Below, in pieces: positions 52,216-64,000 of a DNA stretch of 64,000 nucleotides. The position numbers were made by a program, and so were the translations under genes. Where the stretch lies: positions 2,784,001 to 2,848,000 of the forward strand of contig CP068257.2 of assembly GCA_009914755.4 (NCBI GenBank), given 5' to 3'. This DNA comes from the human T2T-CHM13v2.0 reference genome, Homo sapiens. Under the pieces are notes generated by a model. That model ran no database searches. It was given only the letters and a program-made list of their open reading frames with translations, and was not told where the DNA came from. How positions within the stretch are numbered: the first letter of the stretch is position 1; each line of letters begins with the position of its first letter.

Positions 52216-54869
52216 CTGTCAAGATTTTTTTAAAGCTCTCATTTTCCTCCCACTGGGTTTTTCCTGTTTGCAACCTCAATCTTTCTCTGTCTCTTTTTGT
52301 GTACACCTTTTTGTCTAATTCTCTCTCTCTATTGTATACCTCAAACACAGGAAGCAAGCTTCAATGCTATGAGATGCTCCATGTAGAGACCCACATAACA
52401 GAGAGCTGAGGGGGTGCTCAGACCAGTAGAAAGAAGGAAAGTCAGGCTCTCCAGCCACACTAAACCCTGCCAATTTTCACATGAGTCAGCTTAAAAGCTC
52501 ATGCTTTCCCAGTCCAGCTTCAGTTAAGACCACAGTCCCAATCTCATAAAAGACGTGAAGGCAGAGGTACCCAACTGAACTGTGTCCAGATTCTGGTCCA
52601 CACAAATTATGAGATATTATATGTTGTTGAAAAGTGCTGACTTTTAGGGCAATGTTGTCAGAAAGGAGCAGATATCTAACCTCATCTCACAGGCCCTAGG
52701 ATTCTCCATCCCTCTACTTATATCTTCCTCAGGCTGTCTGCAGCCAAACTTTCTAACCTCTGCCAAACTCACACCTATGAGTCTCTTCACTAAGGGTGGC
52801 TTCTCCCTGACACATACATGTGCAGAGATGTCTCCCTGTTGTCATCCTTATCATGGATTAAAAGTCACCTCAGTGAGGCCTTAGGTCCTCCCATGCAATA
52901 ATTTTCCAGCTTTTCTTCTCAACATTCCACTTTATATTATAGTCCTTCCTCTTTTCTTTCACATATACTTGCTTTAGTGCTTTTGTCCAGCTGTCCTCAG
53001 ACTGTTTTGTCCTGGGTTGGGGGGTGCAGGCATCATGTAATAATTTTCTGTACCACGTTGCACCCACCTGGTTAGCTGGCAAAGGGTGAGCGCAAGGGAA
53101 AAAAGACTGGCTAAGTGATTATATGGAGGATCTCTAATATCCCTTCCCCTTTTGACCACCTGATAATGTGGAGATCATTGATAACAACATGAGGTGTGTG
53201 ACTCTTACTTGTTCCAGCTGCTCCAGCAAAGCTCAGTGGGCACCAGAAACAGAGCTGGCTGTAACCACCCCCAGGCCATCACTAACTCTATGGCCCAATG
53301 CAGGAGCACTATGGAACAAATCAGGTATCTTGATTTTTCTGTCCTCAAGACACTGGTTCTTCAAGGTCCTAGGGGATAAAGTAGCAGAATCTGAAGGCCC
53401 CAATTACAATGAGTGACCTTGGAATCCCCCTTTGCCTTCTATTTGCCTCTACCTTTTGGGTTGTGCTATTTATCCATGAGATATCCTCCCCTTATCCAGT
53501 GAAATTAGTTTCTACCACTTTCAAATGAGGACCTTAAGAACCCAACAGGAGCTGGGATTTTCCGTGGACTTCAGCCTCAGAGTCCAATGTTCTGGAACAT
53601 TTAGCTCCGTCTCATCTTCATCTACCCAAGATGCCTCTGAAGTGGCCATGCCTCCCTCTGATTTGAAGGACCTACAGAGAGTGGATGCATTTTTGCACAG
53701 TCTCAGAGCAAGAATCAGGGCTGGAAGACACTTATGAGTATGTGAAATCGTCGAGGTCACCCAGTTCAAAGAGCCCTATTTATGAGGAAGAAAACAGGTT
53801 TTCCTGCAGGCATTCTCTACATTAGGCTGAGGTGGAGCATAGCTCATTTTACTTCCAGGTGCCCTCAGAGCTGGATGCAAAACCCCAGTCCTGTCATCTT
53901 GAAATTGACATGGAGAGGTCCCCATGTGAACAGAACCCTGTATCTGCTCATTCTCTGTGCCCCTGAATGTGAAGCTACAGGCTCTAACTTCCAAAGCAAA
54001 CCTGATAGGTGGGATGGAGCCAAGGCCTAGGAAGCTGGAGCTCTCTCTAATGCTCTGGAGCCTGCCCACCTCCTGAGATCTGGATCAGTCCCTGCCTCTT
54101 TTGGGGCCTCATTTTCCCAATTGTAATGTAATGAGAAATTAAATGTAAAATTGCATAAGCATATGATCTGTGAGAATTTGGTGTCAGAGTCCTCAATACT
54201 GGATGATATATTTTGGTGGGAGGGGTTTGGGCCCCAGAGGTTCTCGGGACTCCTGACATATCCATTGCAGTAGGTGTAGAGCTCAGGAGATCCAGATCTT
54301 CTTTCCTGAGCCAGCTGATTACAATACAATGTACCACGGGCTATGATCTTAAATATGATTTCACAGGATTCCCCACCTTCAGCCACCATCTGCTCTGTGC
54401 TTCCCTTATTTTGGGGAGCTGATGACAACCTCCATTATAGTGAGAGAGTCCAAGAAACTAGACTTGTGGACCTGGAGAAAAGAAAAAAACACTTTTCTAT
54501 TTCTCTCAAACTGTAGAATCTGTTGTCAAATATTTAATTTTGATTCCATCTGAGCTTGATAATACGTTCATGTGTTAAGAGCTGCTTAAATTTATTTTTT
54601 CTGTGGTGTGGGATAATGTCTTTTCCCATATTTTAAATCAACTTCTAAAAGCTCTCTTTAAAGTGGAGATGTGAACATCTTTGTGATATAAACTGCACAT
54701 ATTTGTTGCAAGATTGTTCTTTTTCTCTTTGTTAAAATGTTTTGTTTTATTCTGGTTTGGATGTCCTTCAGGGTTTTGTTTTGTGGCTATTTATTACTAC
54801 AATGCAACTTCTCCCCTAATTGACTGACAGGTTTGTACATTCTCAATAAAATATTTTGGTAAAGTCTTT

Positions 54870-57800
54870 GTAAAAACTGTGTAGACAATTTTACAGTTTT
54901 CATAAACATAAAACAGTCAAGACTGTCATGATGAAAAAGAAAGATTGAGGGCTTAAAAATTAAAATATGACACAGCTAAAGTAGTGTGCAAAGGGAAATT
55001 TATGGCACTAAATGCCCACAAGAGAAAGCAGAAAAGGTCTAAAATCGGCATCATAATATCACAATTAAAAATCTAGGGAAGCAAGAGCAAACAAATTCAA
55101 AAGCTAGCAGAAGACAAGAAATAATTAAGATCACAGCAGAACTGAAGGAGATAGACACACAAAAAGCCCGTCCAAAAAATCAACGAATCCAGGAGCTGTT
55201 TTTTTGAAAAGATCAAGAAATAAATAAACTGCTAGCCAGAGTAATAAGGAAGAAGAGAAGAATCAAATACATGCAATAGGAAATGATAAAGGGGATATAA
55301 CCATTGATCCACAGAAATAAAAATTACCATTAGAGAATATTATAAAAAACTCTTTGCAAATTAACTAGAAAATCTAGACGAAATGGATAAATTCCTGGAC
55401 ACATATACCCTCCCAAGTCCAAACCAGTAAGAAGTCGAATCCCTGAATATGCCAATAACAAGTTCTAAAATTGAGGCAGTAACTAATAGCCTACCAACCA
55501 AAAGAAGTCCAGGACCAGAAGGATTCACAGCCGAATTCTACCAAAGGTACAAAGAGGAGCTGGTACCATTCCTTCTGGAACTATTTCAAACAATAGAAAA
55601 GAGGTACTCCTCCTTAACTAATTTTATGCATCCAGCATCATCCTAAAATCAAAACTTGGCAAAGACACACCAGAAAAAGAAAATTTCAGGCCCGTATCCC
55701 TGATGAATATCGATGTGAAAATCCTCAATAAAATACTGGCAAACCGAATCCAGCAACACATCAAAAAGCTTATCCACCACGATCTAGTCAGCTTAATCCC
55801 TCGGATGCAAAGCTTGTTCAACATATGCAAATCAATAAATGTAATCCATCACATAAACAGAACTAATGACAAAAACCACATGATTATCTCAATAGATGCA
55901 AAAAAGGCCTTCAGCAAAATTCAACACCTCTTCATGGTAAAAACTCTCAATGAATTATGTATTGATGGAACTTATCTCAACATAATAAGAGCTATTTATG
56001 ACAAACGCACAGCCAATATACTGAATGGGAAAAAACTTGAAACATTCCTTTTGAAAATCTGCACAAAACAAGAATACCCTCTCTCACCACTCCTATTCAA
56101 TATAGTATTGGAAATTCTGGCCAGGGCAATCAGTCAAGAGAAAGAAACAAAGCGTAATCAAATAGGAAGAGGAACTCAAGTTGTCTCTGTTTGCAGCTGA
56201 CATGATTGTATATTTAGAAAACCCCATCGTCTCAGCCCAAAATCTCCTTAAACCAATATGCAACTTCAAAAAAGTCTCAGTATACAAAATCAGTGTTCAA
56301 AAATCACAAGAATTCCTATACACAATAATAGACAAACAGAGAGCCAAATCATGCATGAACTCTCATTCACAATTGTTACAAAGAGAATAAAATACCTAGG
56401 AATCCAACTTAAAAGGGATGGGAAGGACTTCTTCAAGGAGATCTACAAACCACTGCTCAAGGAAATAAGAGAGGACACAAACAAATGAAAAACAATCCGT
56501 GCTCATGGATAGGAAGAATCAATATTGTGAAAATGGCCATACTGCCCAAAGTAATTTATAAATTCAGTGTTATCCCCATCAAGCTCCCATTGACTTTCTT
56601 TACATAATTAGAAAAAAAACTACTTTAAATTTCATATGGAATCAAAAAAGATCCTGCATAGACAAGACAATCCTAAGCAAAAAGAACAAAAGTGGAGGCA
56701 TCACGCTAGCTATCTTCAAACTATACTAAAAGGCCACAGTAACCAAGACAGTATGGTACTGGTACCAAAACAGATATATTGACAAATGGAACAGAACAGA
56801 GGCCCCAGAAATAACATCAAACATCTACAACCATCTGATCTTTGATGAACCTGACAAAAACAAGTAATGGGGAAAGGATTCCTTATTTAATAAATGGTGT
56901 TGGGAAAACTAGATAGCCATATGCAAAAAAATGAAACTGGACGTCTTCCTTACTAGTTATACAAAAATTAACTGAAGATGGATTAAAGACTTAAATGTAA
57001 GACTTAAAACCATAAAAACCCCCTAAAAAACAAAGGCATTACCATTCAGGACATAGGCGTGGGCAAAGACTTCATGACTAAAACAGCAAAAACAATGGCA
57101 ACAAAAGCCAAAATTGACAAACGAGATGTAATTAAAGTAAAGAGCTTCTTCACAACAAAAGAAACTATCATCAGAGTGAACAGGCAACCCACAGAAAGGG
57201 AGAAAATTTATGCAATCTATCCATCTGACAATGGGCTAATATGCAGAATCTACAAAAAACTTAAGCAAATTTACAAGAAAAAAACAAACAACCATATCAA
57301 AAATGGGCAAAGGACATGAACAGACACTTCTGAAAAGAAGACATTTATGCAGCCAACAAACATATGAAAAAAAAACTCATCATCACTGGTCATTAGATAA
57401 ATGCAAATCAAAAACACAATGAGAAACCATCTCACTCCAGTTAGAATGGTGATCATTGGAAAAATCAGGAAACAACAGATGCTGGAGAGGATGTGGAGAA
57501 ATAGGAACACTTTTACACTGTTGGTGAGAGTGTAAATTAGTTCAACCATTGTGGAAGACAGTATGGCAATTCCTCAAGGATCTACAATGAGAAATACCAT
57601 TTGATCCAGCAATCCCATTACTGGGTATATAACCAAATGATTATAAATTATTCTACTACTTAGACACATGCAAACATATGTTTATTATGGCACTGTGCAC
57701 AAGAGCAAAAACTTTGAACCAAACCAAATGCCCATCAGTGATAGAATGAATAAAGAAAATGTGGCATGTATACATCATGGAATACAATGCAGTCATAAAA

Positions 57801-58020
57801 AGGATGAGTTCATGTCCTTTGCAGGGACATGGATGAAGCTGGAAACCACCATTCTCAGCAAACTAACACAAGAGTAGAAAAGCAAACATCACATGTTCTC
57901 TCTCACAGTTGGGAGATAAACAAAGAGAACACAGGGACACAGGAAGGGGAACACCACACACTGGAGCCTGTCAGGAAGTGGGGGACTATGGGAGGGATAG
58001 CATTAGAAGATATATTCCTG
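54870..58020 (+). mobile_element. L1 (L1PA/L1PB-age) ORF2 region on the plus strand. It is 3'-truncated, with no terminal poly(A), and carries many frameshifts.
   Basis: Plus ORFs 55449-55646 ('[38 protein letters not shown]'), 55703-56200 (RT domain '[30 protein letters not shown]...[17 protein letters not shown]') and 57059-57319 ('[29 protein letters not shown]') are L1 ORF2. Minus ORF 57271-57549 is the L1 antisense frame ('[11 protein letters not shown]'). Confidence 0.9.
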
Positions 58021-59214
58021 GCCTAGGCCACTATTGCGATTTTCTAAATTTTGTTTCAAAAACATGATGTTTCAAAAATTGTTATTGATATGTAATTATA
58101 CAAATATATAGTTCAGAAAAAAGAATCAACATTAATTATGCTTTTTCCAAAATACTTTATGGTTTTGAGCTCTTCTAGCAGTGACATTTTTGCTGTAGGT
58201 AGTTGCTCTATATCTGGTATATTCATCATAGCATCCTTTGTACCCTTTACACTTATCCTTCAACTTCCCACTCTCCTTAAGTGTAAATTTTCAAGGCCAG
58301 AGCTCCCATATCTTCCCAATATTACCTTTTGAAAAGAAGCTCCTATGTACTGTTTTCTCTGGTTCTTGTTGGATATAATGCTAAAAGAGCTGGAAAATAA
58401 TAATTTTTTAAAAAATTCGGTGATGAAATTAAGGTAAATATATTTTATAAATCTAATGAACAAAATGAGGCCAGCTGAGAACACAATGATAGTTGAAGAA
58501 GAACCTGAGATCCTGTTTCTCTCAATGGATGTATGAACTTAACTGCAATTGGGTGAGCAAAGCCAGTTGAGTTTGTAGCACCCCTCATGAGAAAAAAGCC
58601 AACTATAACCACATTTAGAAGAAAGAAAATTTGGTTACATTTGTGCACTACAGAACAGTGCAGTTAGATAAAATTCTGTCCATTCCATGATTCTCCCTCG
58701 GGAAAGAAAACAGAGTGAAACGTGTATGCAAACTTCTGACTTATTGATTTATACCTTTAACATTTAGTGTTGACCAGAATAGAGATAGAGTTTAAATGAC
58801 AGCTTGGGTCGACTGAGAATAAAGATAAATGTTTCTTACAACAAAGAGACTGTAGTGCCTGCAACAGTGACAAAGAGAAGAGACTAAAGGCTCCTAAGAG
58901 GAAAGAGAGGTAAACCTTATTAACAAGAAAATACATACAGTAGTCCAAAGAAGACACATTTTGACAACAGATTGGAGAAGCTCCCGGAATGACTAGTGTG
59001 GCTGAATATTGTCAATTTTCCCATGTACAAGCTTTTTCATAAAGGATAAAATAGGTAGTGGTTTCTTAATTGACCAAAACCTTAACAAAACCACAGTACA
59101 TAAAAGCAACCAGGAAATATAGCCTAATGAAACGAGAAAAATATATATTCAAGTGACCCTAAAGAAGTGGAGATCTATGAATTATTTTTTAACTTAAAAT
59201 CATTTTATTTTTCT

Positions 59215-59505
59215 TTATTTTTTCATTTTATACACAGGATCTTACTCTATCTCCTGGGACAGATTGCAGTGGTGCAATCACAGCTCACTGTAACCTCAAA
59301 TTTCTGAAGTAAAGCAGTCATGCCTCCTATGTCTCCTGAGTAAATATGACCACAGTTGGGCACACTACCACACCTGTATAGTTTCTTTAAAAGAATCTGT
59401 ACAAACAGAATGTTGTTATGTTGCCTCGGCTGGTCTCAAACTCCTGGTCTCAGGCAATCCTACTGCCTCAGTCTGAAAGTGCTGGCATGAGCCACCATAC
59501 CTGGA
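59215..59505 (-). mobile_element. Old Alu (AluJ/monomer-like) in minus orientation.
   Basis: 'acaggatcttactctatctcctgggacagattgcagtggtgcaatcacagctcactgtaacctc...gttgcctcggctggtctcaaactcctggtctcaggcaatcctactgcctcagtctgaaagtgctggcatgagccaccatacctgg'. Confidence 0.75.
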
Positions 59506-59529
59506 ATTGTTTCTCTTTTAAGAAAAAAG

Positions 59530-61495
<1,966 letters not shown>

Positions 61496-61502
61496 AATTT
61501 GA

Positions 61503-61736
61503 AATTCTAAAAGGCGGTCTTACTCTCTCACCCAGACAGGAATACAATATCATGGTTATAACTCAATGCAGCCTCAAATTCCTGGGAACTCAAGGAATAA
61601 TCTTACATCAGCCTCCAACTTCCTGAGACTACAGGAACATTCCACCATTCATGATTAATCTGTAAAAATATTTTTTACATATAGCTTCTCACAATATTGC
61701 CCAGGGTGGTCTCAAACTCCTAGCCTTAAGTAATTG
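61503..61736 (-). mobile_element. Old Alu-like element (AluJ/FRAM-like) in minus orientation.
   Basis: 'cggtcttactctctcacccagacaggaatacaatatcatggttataactcaatgcagcctcaaattcctggg...ttgcccagggtggtctcaaactcctagccttaag'. Confidence 0.6.
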
Positions 61737-62035
61737 ATATGGTTTGGCTCTCTGTCCCCAACCAAATCTCATCTTGAATTGTAATAATCTCCACATGTCC
61801 TGGGAGGGACCCTGTGGGAGGTAATTGAATCATGGGGGTGGGATTTTCCCATGCTGTTCTCATGATAGCAAAAAAGTCTCACGTGATCTGATGGTTTTAT
61901 AAGTGGAGATTCCCCTGAACAAAGTCTCCTGTTTGCTCCAATAATTGTGAGACCTCCCCAGCCATGTGAAACTGTGAGGCCATTAACCTTTTTCATTATG
62001 AATTATCCAGTCTTGGTTATGTCTTTATTAACAGC
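61737..62035 (+). mobile_element. MaLR LTR (THE1/MST-like), near full length.
   Basis: 'atatggtttggctctctgtccccaaccaaatctcatcttgaattgtaataatctccacatgtcctgggagggaccctgtgggaggtaattgaatcatggggg...gtctcacgtgatctgatggttttataag...ccagccatgtgaaactgtgaggccattaacc...ttatccagtcttggttatgtctttattaacagcatgagaa' matches the THE1/MST consensus as I recall it. Confidence 0.8.
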
Positions 62036-62129
62036 ATGAGAATTTATTAATACAGTAATCCCCTTGCCTTAGCTTTCAAAGTAGCTGGAATTAGACACAA
62101 ATATCAATGTGCCTGGCTAAAACACCTAG

Positions 62130-63620
62130 CTTAAAGATGCTCATTCAGCTAAAGAAGAACATAGAAAGCTAAACAGAAAAAGAAAACAATTCATGAAGAT
62201 AATGAGATTATCAATGAAGTGATTAAAAGTACAAAATAGAAACATAAAGTGTGGAGCTGAAAAATAAAATACCTGAATTTAGAGATTCACTAGAAGGTCC
62301 AACAACTGGTTTGATCTAGCAGGAAAAAATCCAGCAAGCTTCATAAGAAGTCTTTTGAAATTATATGGTGAGGAGGGTAAAAATAATTTTAAAAATTAAG
62401 AAAGCCTAAGGGACTTATGGGATACCATTAAGATGGCCAATATACTTCTAATGGGAATTCTAAAATAAAAAGAGAGAAAAGAGAGCAGCAAAGTTATTTC
62501 AAGAAACAAACAGTGGCTGAGAACTCTCAAAATTTGAGGGAGAAAATGGCCTAAAATTTAATGAAACTTTACCAACTAGTAGCAACACAGGGAGACCCAT
62601 GACAAGACACATTTTAATCAGAGATTCAAATGTTAAAACACCGAGAATCTTGAAGTCAGCAAGAAAAAATGACTTAGCATGTACAATGTTACCCCTATAG
62701 GATGACCAGCAGATGTCTCAGCCAATAGCATGCAGGCAAGAGGTTGTAGGATGACATACTCAAAGTGCTGAAAAAAATGGCAAGTACCAACCAAGAACAC
62801 TATGTCTGCCAAAGCTATCATTTCAAATGAATTAAAAAATAAAAATAAAGAATATTCAAGATCAACGAAAACTGTATTAATTTATGCACGGTAGGCCTGT
62901 ATAAAAAAATGCTAGTCATTGACATTAAAAAATAAAATAATGATGAGAGCAACATAGAATTATGTAAAATATAAAGTTTTCTAACAGATAATTATGTACA
63001 CAATTATAATATTTTTGTTATTATAATGAAGATGCACAGAATACTTTTAATTCTGCTATGTAGTTGAGATAACAAAGACTTAAAAATGACTATATAACTG
63101 TGCCAATAGATTCACAATACAAAATGATGTAATTCGCGACATCAATAAAACACATAGGCAGCCATAAAGAGGCAGGGTTTTATATGCTATAGTAGTTATT
63201 TTTGGTAATATCTATAGTAACAACAAAGAAAATACCTATAGTACTTAGGATTTTGAGACTAGTCTGGGCAACATGGCAAAACCCTGTCTCTATGAAAAAT
63301 AACAAAAATTAGCCAGGAGTACTGGTGCACATCTGTGGTCCCAGGTACTCAGAAGGCTGTGGTGGGAGGATTGTTTGAGTTGAGCCTGAGAGGCAGAGCT
63401 TGCAATAAGCAGATATTGTGCCACTGCCCTCCAGCCTGGGCGACAGAGCAAGACCCTGTCAAAAAAAAAAAAAAAAAGGAAATACCTATAATACACACAC
63501 ACAAAGACATACACACAGAGAGAGTAGTGAGAAAAGAAGTAAAACATGTCACTATAAAAATCAATAATACGCTAAGAAAGAGAACAAGAGAGAAAAACAG
63601 GAAATAATAGCTACAGGACC
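62130..63620 (+). mobile_element. Old L1 (L1M-like) ORF1/inter-ORF region on the plus strand. It is interrupted by a 5'-truncated Alu at 63250-63478.
   Basis: Translation shows an ORF1 C-terminal-like frame ('..LWDTIKMANILLMGILK.KERKESSKVISRNKQWLRTLKI..') with stops. Confidence 0.6.
63250..63478 (+). mobile_element. 5'-truncated Alu in plus orientation with an 18 nt poly(A).
   Basis: 'gagactagtctgggcaacatggcaaaaccctgtctctatgaaaaataacaaaaattagccaggag...ccagcctgggcgacagagcaagaccctgtc(a)18'. The flank 'aaaatacctatagtac' is repeated as 'ggaaatacctataatac'. Confidence 0.85.
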
Positions 63621-63930
63621 GGCCAGGAGCGGTGGCTCACGCCTGTAATCCTAGCAATTTGGGAGGCCGAGGTGGGTGGATCAACGAGGTCAGGAGATTG
63701 AGACCATCCTGGCTAACACAGTGAAACCCTGTCTCTACTAAAAAAAATAAACAAATAAAAATAAAAAAAAGCCGGGCATGGTGGCGGGTGCCTGAATTCC
63801 CAGCTGCTGGGGAATCTGAGGCAGGAGAATGGCGTGAATCCGGGAGGCGGAGCTTGCAGGGAGCCAAGATTGCACCACTGCACTCCAGCCTGGGCAACAG
63901 AGCAAAACTCCGTCTCAAAAGAAAAAGCTA
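63621..63930 (+). mobile_element. Full-length Alu (AluY/S-like) in plus orientation. TSD is 'aaaagctacaggacc'.
   Basis: 'ccggccaggagcggtggctcacgcctgtaatcctagcaatttgggaggccgaggtgggtggatcaacgaggtcaggagattgagaccatcctggc...cactccagcctgggcaacagagcaaaactccgtctcaaaagaaaaa'. The flank 'aatagctacaggacc' before it matches 'agctacaggacc' after it. Confidence 0.9.
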
Positions 63931-64000
63931 CAGGACCTAAAACAAAAAAGAAACAAAATTAAATAGAAAGTCATAGGAAATTATTCCCTTTTAGTAATGA

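Overview
This window reads as human (primate) intergenic, repeat-dense DNA. I could not support any protein-coding exon from sequence alone; almost every sizeable ORF in the track falls in L1 ORF2 remnants, an ERV pol remnant, or is a tandem-repeat artefact.

Layout, in order:
1. 300-940: old L1 fragment.
2. 944-6650: minus-strand L1 (L1PA/L1PB-like). Its 3' region is split at about 1905 and 4307 by a 2.4 kb GC- and CpG-rich tandem array of 11 units of about 217 bp. Each unit carries a tRNA-like B-box/T-arm hairpin (GGTTCGAAC) and an oligo(T) tract.
3. 8100-9420: ERV pol (RT-connection/RNase H) remnant.
4. 9440-21690: 12 kb complex satellite made of 70-80 bp subunits (core GAGTCACATCACCTGGGTGCTGGGCCCAGTGATATGTCACAAT). 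It is organised into higher-order units of about 3.8 kb, each with a roughly 500 bp head. Blocks of opposite subunit orientation sit at both ends. It is punctuated by a twin-primed L1 insertion with a 17 bp TSD, a 200 bp (CTTT)n tract, and an Alu nested inside another Alu.
5. 21690-25480: two diverged copies of a roughly 400 bp segment flanking 2.6 kb with gag-like proline-rich reverse-strand ORFs. This may be a deleted provirus.
6. 26290-29450: minisatellite of about 23 units of 139 bp. Every unit contains two oppositely oriented matches to the ZNF143/THAP11 'ACTACAnnTCCCAGCA' (SBS/M8) motif and an Sp1-like CCCCGCCTC box. A (CA)22 microsatellite is embedded.
7. Remainder: an older minus-strand L1 at 30690-34250, and in 40-64 kb scattered Alus (some with clear TSDs), MaLR (THE1/MST-type) LTR fragments, a (GAAA)n tract derived from an Alu tail, and plus-strand L1 ORF2/ORF1 remnants.

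The observations most worth following up are the two structured tandem arrays (the GC-rich, pol III-like 217 bp array inside the L1, and the ZNF143-motif array) and the inversion-containing higher-order satellite. Family names are given from memory of consensus sequences. No database search was possible.
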